IMG/VR virus record: IMGVR_UViG_3300045988_141072
Location: 91,532-155,531 of that record
Direction: 5' to 3' (one strand)
DNA: 64,000 nt
From: a virus
The position numbers and the translations under genes were made by a program. Of the stretch, positions 36,818 to 46,334 are shown piece by piece. The first letter of the stretch is position 1. The number at the start of each line of letters is the position of its first letter. The notes beneath the pieces were generated by a model. The model was not told the DNA's origin. It saw nothing but the letters and a program-made list of their open reading frames with translations, and ran no database searches.

Positions 36818-37168
36818 ATGGATAAATTAAGAGTATGGTGGATTCCACAAGCAGGTGCAACAGAGGATGCGTTTTATATTCCTGTAGAAACAGTTGAAGA
36901 AGGCAAAAAAGTAATGGATATGTTAGCAGCATATGATGCATATCAAAGACAGAATAGAATTAAGCCTGATTATTGTAATTGCGGTGGAGTTCAGAGATGG
37001 GATGAAGATTCTCAGGACTGGGAAGATTGGTATATGGAAATAGAAGATGACTACTTTGATGATGTGGATGATTACTGTGAACAGTGTGAAAAGGCAGATG
37101 AACTTGAAGAGTTTAGCCATCAAATGTTTGCACAGATTGATTGGAAAAAGATTGAGAAAATGTCGTAA
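36818..37168 (+). CDS. hypothetical acidic protein
   Basis: 116 aa with AGGTAGG RBS. Confidence 0.5.
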   Translation: MDKLRVWWIPQAGATEDAFYIPVETVEEGKKVMDMLAAYDAYQRQNRIKPDYCNCGGVQRWDEDSQDWEDWYMEIEDDYFDDVDDYCEQCEKADELEEFSHQMFAQIDWKKIEKMS

Positions 37169-37203
37169 TAAATGCGTGTTTCATAAGATTGGAGGTAAGA
37201 GAA

Positions 37204-37416
37204 ATGAGTAAATGGATTTTAATAGAGGTTGAAAATCAAAATATAAATGAGCCAGACACATATGATTCTTATATAGAAGCTTATGATGAAATGAAAAGTA
37301 GATATGAGAATTTAGTAGAAGAAGGAGATGAAGCGTCCATTGATGAATATGATGCGAACATTCAGACGGATTCATATAATATTGATTGGAAAATATATGA
37401 AGTAGAAACAGAGTAA
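37204..37416 (+). CDS. small acidic protein
   Basis: 70 aa from the ATG with GGAGG RBS. Confidence 0.5.
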   Translation: MSKWILIEVENQNINEPDTYDSYIEAYDEMKSRYENLVEEGDEASIDEYDANIQTDSYNIDWKIYEVETE

Positions 37417-37449
37417 ATTCGCATTTCTTTAGAAAGGATGGTAGATATT

Positions 37450-37638
37450 ATGAGATTAGCAGTAACATGGGAAATGGCTGGATATGTAGATGTAGAAGCC
37501 AACACATTAGAAGAAGCAATGGAAAAATTCAGAGAAGAGAGTGATTATATTGAACTTCCAAACGGAGATTATGTAGATGGAAGTTTCAGATTGTCAACAG
37601 AAGATGTTGATGAAATGGAAGCTATTGTAGATTTTTAA
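37450..37638 (+). CDS. small acidic protein
   Basis: 62 aa from the ATG with AAAGGATGG RBS. Confidence 0.5.
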   Translation: MRLAVTWEMAGYVDVEANTLEEAMEKFREESDYIELPNGDYVDGSFRLSTEDVDEMEAIVDF

Positions 37639-37686
37639 TGAAACTAAGATTTACTTGGAAAAAATAGAAAGGTTGGGTAAAATGTT

Positions 37687-37830
37687 ATGATAAAAAATAC
37701 GACATTAGAAGATATTATAAAAAGCGAATGTAGTCAGTGTTTTGGTGGTTATGGCGGAGATTCTGCTTGTAATACATGTGAAATTGCAGAGAGATGTAAA
37801 ATACTAACAAAAGACTTAGATAAGGAGTGA
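37687..37830 (+). CDS. small Cys-rich protein
   Basis: 47 aa (not in the track); CSQC..CNTC..C; AAAGGTTGGG RBS. Confidence 0.4.
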   Translation: MIKNTTLEDIIKSECSQCFGGYGGDSACNTCEIAERCKILTKDLDKE

Positions 37831-37836
37831 AGCGAA

Positions 37837-38073
37837 ATGATAACGGAAAATACACGGAAACAGTTAGCAGATTACAGAAAGCATGGTAAGAAGCTCAAAT
37901 ATCTTATCAATTATCTTATAGGATTAGTTGAGGATGAAGATGATTTTGAAAATATTATCATAAGAGAAATGAAAGCTCTTGCATTCAATGAGGATGAAAT
38001 TGTAGAAATGCTTGAATATGATTTCGGATTGGATATGAGCTGGCATCCAATGAGTGTAAATTATGGAAAGTAG
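37837..38073 (+). CDS. hypothetical protein
   Basis: 78 aa with AAGGAG RBS. Confidence 0.5.
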   Translation: MITENTRKQLADYRKHGKKLKYLINYLIGLVEDEDDFENIIIREMKALAFNEDEIVEMLEYDFGLDMSWHPMSVNYGK

Positions 38074-38081
38074 GTGATTAT

Positions 38082-38279
38082 ATGGCAAAGCCAAAAGAGA
38101 ACGGCTTCATTATTGAAACATATGATGAAGAGAAAGATATGAGAGTACAGTTCAATTATTGGACTTGTGGAAGATATTTTTATTCGAGTACAGAACTTGA
38201 AGACGGAACTACAGCAAGAAAAGGCAGGATAAGTGAAAAAGAATATATGGATGCATTAGAAATATATCATAATGCATAA
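38082..38279 (+). CDS. hypothetical protein
   Basis: 65 aa with AGGTGA RBS. Confidence 0.5.
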   Translation: MAKPKENGFIIETYDEEKDMRVQFNYWTCGRYFYSSTELEDGTTARKGRISEKEYMDALEIYHNA

Positions 38280-38341
38280 ACGCAAGGCAGTTAGGAGAAT
38301 AAATACCTAGCTGCCTATTTTATTATAAGGAGGAAACGATT

Positions 38342-38752
38342 ATGTATGATTTCACAAAAAATGAAATGGAAATGATTAAAGATAATTTACGGGCATTTAT
38401 TGCAAACTTTGGTTATCCACGGATTACAAGAGGAGACGATGGAGAGAGTTTCTATGTATTTACTGATGATTCAGATTCATGGAGACAGTATTGTTACAAC
38501 ATTGATTATCTGAATGGTTGGCTATATGGATGTGTTCAGACAGCTTGCGGTAATCCAAAGCGAGATGAAGAAATGCGTACAATGTGTGATAACGCAGGAT
38601 TCAGAGAAAGATATGCAATTATGCATGGTGAAAGAGAAATAAAAACCATTAATAGTCACAAGTGCTATGTGTTTACATATTCAGATGATATTGAATATCA
38701 GGATGCAAATGGAGCTACTTATGACACAGTTGCAAAAAGTTGGATTAATTAG
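38342..38752 (+). CDS. hypothetical protein
   Basis: 136 aa with AAGGAGG RBS. Confidence 0.55.
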   Translation: MYDFTKNEMEMIKDNLRAFIANFGYPRITRGDDGESFYVFTDDSDSWRQYCYNIDYLNGWLYGCVQTACGNPKRDEEMRTMCDNAGFRERYAIMHGEREIKTINSHKCYVFTYSDDIEYQDANGATYDTVAKSWIN

Positions 38753-38770
38753 AAAGGCAGGTTGATATAT

Positions 38771-40486
38771 ATGGGTAATTTGAAAAAATTCGTAGGAGAT
38801 TATGCGTATTCTTATATTAAAAACATTGCAGTAGATCAAGAGAAACTTCGCAAAGCATTAGTAACACCACAGAATGCAAGGAATGTGTTTTCTGAATTAG
38901 ACGAGTTCCAGATAAAGTCTATCTGTGCTGAAATAAGTGCAAATGATACTTTTGGAACAATAAGGGAAACTACGCAGGAAGAAATCATCGAAGATTTTAA
39001 GAAGGCTGGATATGACACTGTAATTTTTGATGATGAAGAGAAAATAGCAGAATGCAAAAAGTATTATGCAACAGGAGAAGTAATTTGCACTTATAATAAT
39101 CTTTCTGGTCGTATGAGTCAGTATCATATGTTGGTTGCAATTAAGAAAGATATTGATAAGATACAGAGAAGTAAAAATCCACAAAGGGAAGATGAATATG
39201 GTACATCTATTCTTAACATTCAAATAGCCAAAAACGGAAGTCATATGTCTATTAAGAATCGTTACAATCATACTGTAAGTGAATGTGATAGTACACTTAA
39301 TAACAATTTGGATTTATTAGTTCCTGGCTTACAGGCAAAGGTGCTTGGATATTATAACATAGCTTCTCTTAATAAGAATAAAACCTATTATAGAAACATT
39401 GCTAAAATAAACGGAGTTTATCTAAAATATGTCACGGAAGTTGAAAATGTGTATTTTGGCAACTTTGTTCTTGATAGTAAAAACGGAGTAAGATTTGCAG
39501 ACAACGGAAGATATTATGTGAATACTGATTGTGATAATCTTTGTGTTCTTGATTTTCATGACAAAAAAGTAATCAAGCTTTTTAATGAAAGTAATCAAAT
39601 TAGTAAAGGAACTTTATTGACAAGAGCAATGAAAGAGAATTTGTTACATAGTGGTAATAAAGAGCATATAAATGAACTTAATATTGTTTTTAATAATGCT
39701 TTGAAAGAATTATTGCAGTGCAGAAGAAAAGCATTACAATTCATCGCTTGTTGTTATGGTTACGATTTTCAAAAGCCATTTAAGGTAACTGGTCTACTTG
39801 GAAAATTTACAGTCAATAGTATTAAAAATGTGACTGGAAGTAATAACGGAATATTATTAGTCTGTAAAGGAACGGAGGTTTGTTGTGTTGAATTAAACAC
39901 AGGGAAGTTTGAAGTAGAAGTACCAAGAGATAAATATAAATATTCAATCGCTGAATATTATAGAAAAGGAGATTTTGAAGAAGATAGAAAAAGTGGAAAA
40001 CTTGGAGTGTTTATCATTCAGCAAGATGCAGAATATAAAAGGGAAGTAAAAAGGACTTCTAGTTCTTACTATTATTGTAGTAATAGCAATTCAGATGAAT
40101 TTGATAAAAGTGGTTGTAATATCACAGAAATAAGACGAGCATTAAAATATCGACTCAATACCTATAAAGCAGATAAGCGAAAAAGAGAGGTTGATTCGAT
40201 TAGTTATAAAACAGATCTGAAAGAGATTAAGGAAATGTTTCAGACATTAAAAGAAAAGCTTCTTATTAAGTTAAGTGAAGCAAAAACTAGCGAAGATTAT
40301 GAAAATATTGAGAACATATTTGATTATCGTTTTGTATGGATGGTAAGTGATATAGAGAAATTTGAGAATAAAGTTACGCAAAATAATTTCCGTACCATAG
40401 AAGAAGCAACTGATAGTATTAAAAGTTTAAAGGAACAAATTGAAGTGAAAATAAGAAAGATAGACGGAAAAGAGGAGGTTGATTGA
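38771..40486 (+). CDS. large hypothetical protein (571 aa)
   Basis: Longest ORF of the small-gene array upstream of 56 kb; ATG after AAAGGCAGG. No motif I can name. Confidence 0.6.
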   Translation: MGNLKKFVGDYAYSYIKNIAVDQEKLRKALVTPQNARNVFSELDEFQIKSICAEISANDTFGTIRETTQEEIIEDFKKAGYDTVIFDDEEKIAECKKYYATGEVICTYNNLSGRMSQYHMLVAIKKDIDKIQRSKNPQREDEYGTSILNIQIAKNGSHMSIKNRYNHTVSECDSTLNNNLDLLVPGLQAKVLGYYNIASLNKNKTYYRNIAKINGVYLKYVTEVENVYFGNFVLDSKNGVRFADNGRYYVNTDCDNLCVLDFHDKKVIKLFNESNQISKGTLLTRAMKENLLHSGNKEHINELNIVFNNALKELLQCRRKALQFIACCYGYDFQKPFKVTGLLGKFTVNSIKNVTGSNNGILLVCKGTEVCCVELNTGKFEVEVPRDKYKYSIAEYYRKGDFEEDRKSGKLGVFIIQQDAEYKREVKRTSSSYYYCSNSNSDEFDKSGCNITEIRRALKYRLNTYKADKRKREVDSISYKTDLKEIKEMFQTLKEKLLIKLSEAKTSEDYENIENIFDYRFVWMVSDIEKFENKVTQNNFRTIEEATDSIKSLKEQIEVKIRKIDGKEEVD

Positions 40487-40487
40487 T

Positions 40488-40823
40488 ATGCAGAATAAAG
40501 AAACACCTAAAAATACAATGATGAGAGACGAAAACGGAAATATCCGTGAAGGAGTTAAGTGGTACATTGAGCTAAATGATATTCTTGTACGATTCTTTGG
40601 TAACGAATGTGGATACTCAAGAGGATTTCAAAGAGTTGTAGTTGGAGATAGAGGTTATCTTGGTGATGTATTTGAATTAGATATGGATAAACAGCCAACA
40701 CAAGAATTTCTTGATTTTATCAAAAATTATCATTCAGATAAGATAAAGGGAATTGTATACAGAAAAGAAGTTGAAATGTACGGAAGAGTAATGTACAGAA
40801 ATGCAGTTATTACATTATTGTAA
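40488..40823 (+). CDS. hypothetical protein
   Basis: 111 aa with GAGGAGG RBS. Confidence 0.5.
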   Translation: MQNKETPKNTMMRDENGNIREGVKWYIELNDILVRFFGNECGYSRGFQRVVVGDRGYLGDVFELDMDKQPTQEFLDFIKNYHSDKIKGIVYRKEVEMYGRVMYRNAVITLL

Positions 40824-40865
40824 TCAAAGGAAATTGTAATTTACTAAGAAAGAGGGTTGACATGT

Positions 40866-41069
40866 ATGAATGAATTAGATAGGATCATTAAAGATTTATC
40901 TGAATCTATTGAAGATGATCAGAAATATATGGAAGAAGAGTTTGAAACAGTAAGAGCTTATTGTATAAAACGGGAATTCAAGTTATCAGAGGACGAAATG
41001 AAAACAATTAAATCAATCGGTTTAGAAGATTGGATCGAAGAATGGAGAAGCGACTATGAAGAAGTATAA
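40866..41069 (+). CDS. small acidic protein
   Basis: 67 aa with AGAGGG RBS. Confidence 0.5.
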   Translation: MNELDRIIKDLSESIEDDQKYMEEEFETVRAYCIKREFKLSEDEMKTIKSIGLEDWIEEWRSDYEEV

Positions 41070-41098
41070 TGTAATATTTATAACAGAGGAATAAAAAT

Positions 41099-41260
41099 AT
41101 GGAAGAATATATTTTGGATGAATGTAGAAAACGTATTCTAAAATTTCATAATATGTCTGATACAGAGATTTATAATTGGATGTGTGATAATTATAAAGGA
41201 TGTAGTAATTATGAAATGATAAGAAAATGCAGTTTCGTAATATTTGAGGAGAGCAGATAG
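41099..41260 (+). CDS. small hypothetical protein
   Basis: 53 aa (not in the track); AGAGGA RBS; ends inside the terminator stem. Confidence 0.4.
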   Translation: MEEYILDECRKRILKFHNMSDTEIYNWMCDNYKGCSNYEMIRKCSFVIFEESR

Positions 41261-41282
41261 TTAAAAGCTATCTGCTTTTTTA
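41253..41282 (+). terminator. rho-independent terminator
   Basis: GCAGATAG/CTATCTGC 8-bp stem followed by TTTTTT. Confidence 0.7.
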
Positions 41283-41332
41283 ATGCAACAAACAGAGAAT
41301 AAAAAAATATAATAAAAAAGGAGACTAAAATT

Positions 41333-41821
41333 ATGAAGGTAAACGAAATTAGAAAAACAGAAACAATTGAGAAACTGGTAAGAACAGAGTACATTGCAGA
41401 GGATGGAACTGTGTTTAGCAACGAAGAAGAGTGCAAGAAATATGAGGAGTCAGCACTGTTTGCAATTAGTAAAAAATTGAAGAGGCTTGATAATAAGAAA
41501 AATGGAGCCTCTGAATATGATATTTATGATGAATGTTCTGATGAGTATCTGGTAGAGATTTTCAATGCAGAAACAGAAAGAGATATCGAGAATATCAGAA
41601 GATATGTATACCTCAAAGCTTTTTCAAATAGTTCGTATGCGAGAAAGGAAGATGTTGATTTACCTAATATTACAGCAGGGCATGAAGTAATTATCCATTG
41701 GAATTATGATGAAGATAGTTGTTGGACAATTGGAAATGGAAGTATTGATGCTTTCTGTGGCTACATTAAAGAAAATCTTATGAGTTTAATTACACCAAAG
41801 GAGGAAAATGCAGATGCTTAA
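41333..41821 (+). CDS. hypothetical protein
   Basis: 162 aa with AAGGAG RBS; follows a terminator and an AGAGAATAA..TATAAT promoter-like element. Confidence 0.55.
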   Translation: MKVNEIRKTETIEKLVRTEYIAEDGTVFSNEEECKKYEESALFAISKKLKRLDNKKNGASEYDIYDECSDEYLVEIFNAETERDIENIRRYVYLKAFSNSSYARKEDVDLPNITAGHEVIIHWNYDEDSCWTIGNGSIDAFCGYIKENLMSLITPKEENADA

Positions 41822-41972
41822 TATAACATTCAAATATAAAGATGCAATGAGTAATTGGGAATGGAGAACACAAAGCTGTACAGTGTCATCTGTTGAAGAA
41901 TGTAAGCGAATTTACGGACTTGACAATGGAGATGTTGAATACGAGATTTTAGAAGTTAAGGAGGAAAAATAA
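41814..41972 (+). CDS. small hypothetical protein
   Basis: 52 aa (not in the track); overlaps the upstream stop; GGAGGAAAA RBS. Confidence 0.4.
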   Translation: MLNITFKYKDAMSNWEWRTQSCTVSSVEECKRIYGLDNGDVEYEILEVKEEK

Positions 41973-41973
41973 T

Positions 41974-42399
41974 ATGAATGGATATGAATTTAAAAGAGAA
42001 GTCGAAAGAATTTTTAAGGTTGCACGAAACATGTACCCTAATGTAACAGATGAAATGCTTGATACAAACGGAGCTATTCATTATATGAATGGCAATGACA
42101 GCACACCCTTTGATTGGAACTGTAACAATAGGTTATGTGAGTTTCTCATTTTCCATAAAAATGAGATGGGTTTTATCAAGGCATTCGTAAACAGTGACAA
42201 TACAATTGATGTGTATATTTATGAAACCGATGATGCAATGGAGCCAACTTATAAATTTACAGAGGAAATGGAGAACTTAAAAGCAAGAGATTTTGCAAAG
42301 GTAATGAACTACATTGCAGATGACAATCAGTTATGGGATAAGCCGATTGATGAACTCGACTGGGATGTTAATGTAACTGAATGTGACGAGATTGATTAA
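41974..42399 (+). CDS. hypothetical protein
   Basis: 141 aa with AAGGAGG RBS. Confidence 0.55.
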   Translation: MNGYEFKREVERIFKVARNMYPNVTDEMLDTNGAIHYMNGNDSTPFDWNCNNRLCEFLIFHKNEMGFIKAFVNSDNTIDVYIYETDDAMEPTYKFTEEMENLKARDFAKVMNYIADDNQLWDKPIDELDWDVNVTECDEID

Positions 42400-42414
42400 T
42401 ACAGAGAATAAATA

Positions 42415-42447
42415 AAGGCAGATGCAAATAATTGTGTCTGCCTTTTG
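42415..42447 (+). terminator. rho-independent terminator
   Basis: GGCAGA/TCTGCC stem followed by TTTT. Confidence 0.5.
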
Positions 42448-42467
42448 TAATGGAAGGAGAATGCGAA

Positions 42468-42926
42468 ATGAATACAAAGAATTTACGGATTAACTATCAC
42501 ATTGAGATTGTCAATGATTCAAAAACATGGGATAAATTTGTAAAGGCAACGGAAAGTCTTAATGCTCCACATAGCGATGCACCTTGGGAATTATATACAA
42601 ATAAAGATTTTGACAGCTTTGAAAAAGCATTAGAGTATTACATGGTTTGGTATGTAAACGATGAATGTTTTGATATTAAAATGTGGGAACAGATTTTTAT
42701 AGATAATGAAATGATTTATGAAGAATATTGTGAACCGCATTGTTGCACTAAAAGCGAAATGAGAAGAATTATAGACAGAGATACTTATGACAGATTACGT
42801 AATTATGATATGCAAACAAAAGAACTTGAAAAATCTAATGAACTAATGAGTGGATTTATCAAGCGAATGGGAAAGCAGTTTGAAGAAATGTTTAACAAAT
42901 ATGTAAAGGAGATTGCAAATGAGTAA
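42468..42926 (+). CDS. hypothetical protein
   Basis: 152 aa from the ATG with GGAAGGAGA RBS (the track start lies inside the terminator). Confidence 0.55.
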   Translation: MNTKNLRINYHIEIVNDSKTWDKFVKATESLNAPHSDAPWELYTNKDFDSFEKALEYYMVWYVNDECFDIKMWEQIFIDNEMIYEEYCEPHCCTKSEMRRIIDRDTYDRLRNYDMQTKELEKSNELMSGFIKRMGKQFEEMFNKYVKEIANE

Positions 42927-43146
42927 TACAGAATATGTAAGACAGAGTGCAGATAAATATGGGTGGAAAAAATATTATTCCACATTGCGTCCTGTAAGTA
43001 TGGGAACGCAGCCTAAAAATGGATTTATGGATTTTGTAAATTATGACGACAGAACGGAAGTTGATGGAAGAATGGTGTGGGCTGAGTTGTATTACAACAG
43101 AGAGCTTACTGAAAAAGAAATGAGAGATTACGACTTAGTTAAATAG
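42919..43146 (+). CDS. hypothetical protein
   Basis: 75 aa with AAAGGAG RBS. Confidence 0.5.
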   Translation: MSNTEYVRQSADKYGWKKYYSTLRPVSMGTQPKNGFMDFVNYDDRTEVDGRMVWAELYYNRELTEKEMRDYDLVK

Positions 43147-43164
43147 AAAGTGAGGTTGGTTGAT

Positions 43165-43659
43165 ATGGTAGAAATCAAAATAGATAACACAGGCGATGGA
43201 ACATGGTGGCTGTACAATAGTAATCAGGGCTGGAAAGATTATTGCGGTTGTGAAAACTTCGATGAACAGGTTGTTCTTACGGGCAATAGAGATTTTACAG
43301 GATGTACTGAGGCAGAATGGTATCAGAATGCAAAAAAGATTTTGGATGATATTGATTGTTATGACGAATATCCAACGGATGTATCTGATGAAGTGAATGC
43401 AAAATTAAAAGAAATGTATGATAAATGCAGATGTACAGAAGATATTCTGGTTGATGTAATTAGGCTTCTTTATCCAGAAGACACCTTTAAAACTGGAACA
43501 ATCAGAGGGTATAGCCAAGGAGATTGGCAAGATTACATTGTCATGGGAGATGTGGATACAGATTTACTTGAAGCAATGTATTTTGGAAAGATCTCTGATA
43601 TTACAGTAACAACGGACGAAGAAGAATTTGGAGATGTAATCACTCATGATGAACTATGA
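43165..43659 (+). CDS. hypothetical acidic protein
   Basis: 164 aa with GAGGTTGG RBS. Confidence 0.55.
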   Translation: MVEIKIDNTGDGTWWLYNSNQGWKDYCGCENFDEQVVLTGNRDFTGCTEAEWYQNAKKILDDIDCYDEYPTDVSDEVNAKLKEMYDKCRCTEDILVDVIRLLYPEDTFKTGTIRGYSQGDWQDYIVMGDVDTDLLEAMYFGKISDITVTTDEEEFGDVITHDEL

Positions 43660-43787
43660 GAGCAGAAAGAGAAGAGGGATTAAAAGAATTTTTCAGAAAT
43701 CATTACGAACTTGATAAGGATGAAGAAATTCATATCTTACAGGCAGACGGATATAAGCAGGTAGTTGATTGGAAAGCAGTTGGATAA
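43656..43787 (+). CDS. small hypothetical protein
   Basis: 43 aa (not in the track); ATGA start/stop overlap with the upstream gene. Confidence 0.35.
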   Translation: MRAEREEGLKEFFRNHYELDKDEEIHILQADGYKQVVDWKAVG

Positions 43788-43829
43788 CCAAAGGAAAGAA
43801 CTGTTTACAAGGAAATGGAGGCAATAATT

Positions 43830-44024
43830 ATGGAAGAGAAAGATATTAGAATTTGTCCAGTGTGTAATAGGGAAGTGGAAAGAAATGATATGAATTTCAC
43901 AACAGATTGTTATGGAATCACTTTTAGATTAGTGTGTAATGATTGTTGGGAGAAGCTAATGGAAAAGGGATATGACGGTCAATATTATAGTGAAGCTGAT
44001 GAATGTATTGATGAAGATTATTAG
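43830..44024 (+). CDS. small zinc-ribbon protein
   Basis: 64 aa with GGAGG RBS; CPVC..CNDC. Confidence 0.5.
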   Translation: MEEKDIRICPVCNREVERNDMNFTTDCYGITFRLVCNDCWEKLMEKGYDGQYYSEADECIDEDY

Positions 44025-44036
44025 GAGGTAGCGCAA

Positions 44037-44168
44037 ATGTATAGAAGTGCAATAGTAAATGAACTTGGATATGTAATGTTTTGGTGTGATGAATTGCAGG
44101 GAGACGAACAGATTGAATGTATCTTAAATAGTCACCCTGAATGGTCTGTTAAATGTGTGGAAATATAA
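44037..44168 (+). CDS. small hypothetical protein
   Basis: 43 aa (not in the track); AGGAGG RBS. Confidence 0.4.
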   Translation: MYRSAIVNELGYVMFWCDELQGDEQIECILNSHPEWSVKCVEI

Positions 44169-44185
44169 AAAGCGAGGTACAAAAT

Positions 44186-44377
44186 ATGAATGTATTGAGA
44201 ATTGAACTCATAAGAGAAGTTGGAAAGTTGAGAGAATATAAAGTGACATATGAAGAAAATGATGTGTTTACAGTAAAGGTTGTAGGAAAAACATTTAATT
44301 ACAATGATGTAGAAATTGAAAGTATTCCAGAAAGTGTACTTGATTTTGCAGAGAAATGGATTCTTGGTGATTTGTAA
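44186..44377 (+). CDS. small hypothetical protein
   Basis: 63 aa with GCGAGG RBS. Confidence 0.5.
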   Translation: MNVLRIELIREVGKLREYKVTYEENDVFTVKVVGKTFNYNDVEIESIPESVLDFAEKWILGDL

Positions 44378-44392
44378 GGGAGGTTGATTTAT

Positions 44393-44614
44393 ATGAGATT
44401 ACATCTATTTTGGCTTGATAAGAATTGGAAGAAACGTGGTGATTGTGCCAATAATTATAATCTTATTATTGATATGGAAAATAAAACATATAAGGTATAT
44501 ACGAATGCTTTTTATGGATATTATCATCCAGAAGATATTGAGGTTAAAAAGAAATCAGATATTGAAGATTACATAGAGTATTTAAAGAGAAATGGATTTA
44601 GAGGAGATGATTAA
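44393..44614 (+). CDS. small hypothetical protein
   Basis: 73 aa with GGGAGG RBS. Confidence 0.5.
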   Translation: MRLHLFWLDKNWKKRGDCANNYNLIIDMENKTYKVYTNAFYGYYHPEDIEVKKKSDIEDYIEYLKRNGFRGDD

Positions 44615-44884
44615 ATGCTTAATCTAACAGAAGAAGGATATATTTATACAAGTAAAAATGGAATTAAATATGATTTACTTGAGGGAACGACAATTGGAGT
44701 ATCGCCTAGAAAGACATCAGACATAATCTTTATTATGATGTCCGATGTTAATTTTAATGTTGAAAATCATATTGTTGGTTGGTTATTTGGTGCTTATGAC
44801 TTACCATACAGACTCGATGAATATGATGCAAGTATAACAGAAATGGTTGATATTTACGAGAAAGAAAACGGAATAGGAGAGTGA
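44615..44884 (+). CDS. hypothetical protein
   Basis: 89 aa with AGAGGAG RBS. Confidence 0.5.
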   Translation: MLNLTEEGYIYTSKNGIKYDLLEGTTIGVSPRKTSDIIFIMMSDVNFNVENHIVGWLFGAYDLPYRLDEYDASITEMVDIYEKENGIGE

Positions 44885-44889
44885 TTTAT

Positions 44890-45270
44890 ATGTTAAAAGC
44901 AATAAATATTAAATGGGACACAGATGGAGACAAAAATGTATTCAATGAGCTTCCAACGGAAATGATTATTCCAAATGAATTGGAAGAACTGTACAAGAAA
45001 GATAAAGAATATGCACTTGAAGAGATTTCAGATTTGCTATCAGATGAGACAGGATTTTGTCACGTTGGATTTGAAATCGAAAAGGTGATTACAAAAGAGT
45101 CTGTTGAGAATGAATTATACGATTTTTTCAATGACAAAATTGAAACTGGTGATGCACCTGAAATTGAAAGAGTTGGTCGTTATCCTGATATGTATGTCAC
45201 AGGAGACAACGGAATTGTTATTGATTGTATAGGTGGAAAGCAGATTAGATTGATTATTCAAGTAGATTAA
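44890..45270 (+). CDS. hypothetical acidic protein
   Basis: 126 aa with AGGAGAGTG RBS. Confidence 0.5.
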   Translation: MLKAINIKWDTDGDKNVFNELPTEMIIPNELEELYKKDKEYALEEISDLLSDETGFCHVGFEIEKVITKESVENELYDFFNDKIETGDAPEIERVGRYPDMYVTGDNGIVIDCIGGKQIRLIIQVD

Positions 45271-45283
45271 GGAGTGATGAGAT

Positions 45284-45415
45284 ATGAAAACAATTACAGT
45301 AACTATTGAAGTATATGATAACTCATCAGTAGAAGATGTAGAAAGAGCAGTTAGTGCAGGGCTTGATAACAACGGAATTGATTGTACTTATGATGTTGAA
45401 GAAAAAGAAGAGTAA
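45284..45415 (+). CDS. small acidic protein
   Basis: 43 aa (not in the track); AAGGAGTG RBS. Confidence 0.4.
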   Translation: MKTITVTIEVYDNSSVEDVERAVSAGLDNNGIDCTYDVEEKEE

Positions 45416-45449
45416 ACAAGAGTTTCTTTGGATGATTGGAGGAATTAAT

Positions 45450-45653
45450 ATGTTAGATTTACATGATTTATACACGATGGAATATGCAAAAGAAAATGAT
45501 GAGAATTATGGTAGATGTGAAACTTGCAAGCATTATGGAAATTGCAATTATTGTTCTGATTGCGATGAAGGCTCTGAATATAAATTTGATTTAATTTATT
45601 ATCAAAGAGAACATGATGAAGAAATTGCAAAATGGATTGAAGAAAATAGATAA
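45450..45653 (+). CDS. small Cys-rich protein
   Basis: 67 aa from the ATG with TGGAGG RBS; CETC..CNYCSDC. Confidence 0.5.
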   Translation: MLDLHDLYTMEYAKENDENYGRCETCKHYGNCNYCSDCDEGSEYKFDLIYYQREHDEEIAKWIEENR

Positions 45654-45690
45654 TACGAAATGAGGATTTACTGTTAAGAATGGAGGCTAT

Positions 45691-45891
45691 ATGATGAAAC
45701 GTGATTTAGTAGATGAATTGTATAAAATAGCATATAAGCGATATAGAGAAAAATATCCAAATAAAGATTTCGCATCTATTCCCAATTTTTTAGATTCGCT
45801 TTGGTTTAGTATTGAAGGTGAACTTAATAGAAATGGATACGATGCTGCAAGAAAATATGTAGAAGAAGCAGACTTAATCGTATTAAGGTGA
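45691..45891 (+). CDS. small hypothetical protein
   Basis: 66 aa with TGGAGG RBS. Confidence 0.5.
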   Translation: MMKRDLVDELYKIAYKRYREKYPNKDFASIPNFLDSLWFSIEGELNRNGYDAARKYVEEADLIVLR

Positions 45892-45915
45892 ATGGTAAGA
45901 ACGGAGGTAGATTAT

Positions 45916-46293
45916 ATGTCAAACGAATGGTATAAAACTGACGATTTACAGTGGTGTAAACCATTAGGTGAGAGAAAATACAAATTTATCCATGCACTTT
46001 GGATTGATACTTGTCCAACTGATCCAGAAAATGATTATGTTGTTTGTTCAAGCTTAATTGATTTGAATGAATATAGCGATGACGAAATAGAATTAGCAGT
46101 ATCTTCTTATTATGATAGTTATAATGACATGCTAAAGAAATATAGCACTACAAGAGAAAATGCACATGAACTCGATTCTATTGTTGCGGAGTGTATATTC
46201 GAAGAAGAATGTTACACAGATGGTCATAGCCATGGAACATTTACAAAAGAAAATGCAGTCAAATATATTGAGAATTGGATAAAAGAAAACTAA
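45916..46293 (+). CDS. hypothetical acidic protein
   Basis: 125 aa with ACGGAGG RBS. Confidence 0.5.
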   Translation: MSNEWYKTDDLQWCKPLGERKYKFIHALWIDTCPTDPENDYVVCSSLIDLNEYSDDEIELAVSSYYDSYNDMLKKYSTTRENAHELDSIVAECIFEEECYTDGHSHGTFTKENAVKYIENWIKEN

Positions 46294-46334
46294 TGAAACG
46301 ATGATTTACTGAGATTATGAAAGGAAGGGATGAT

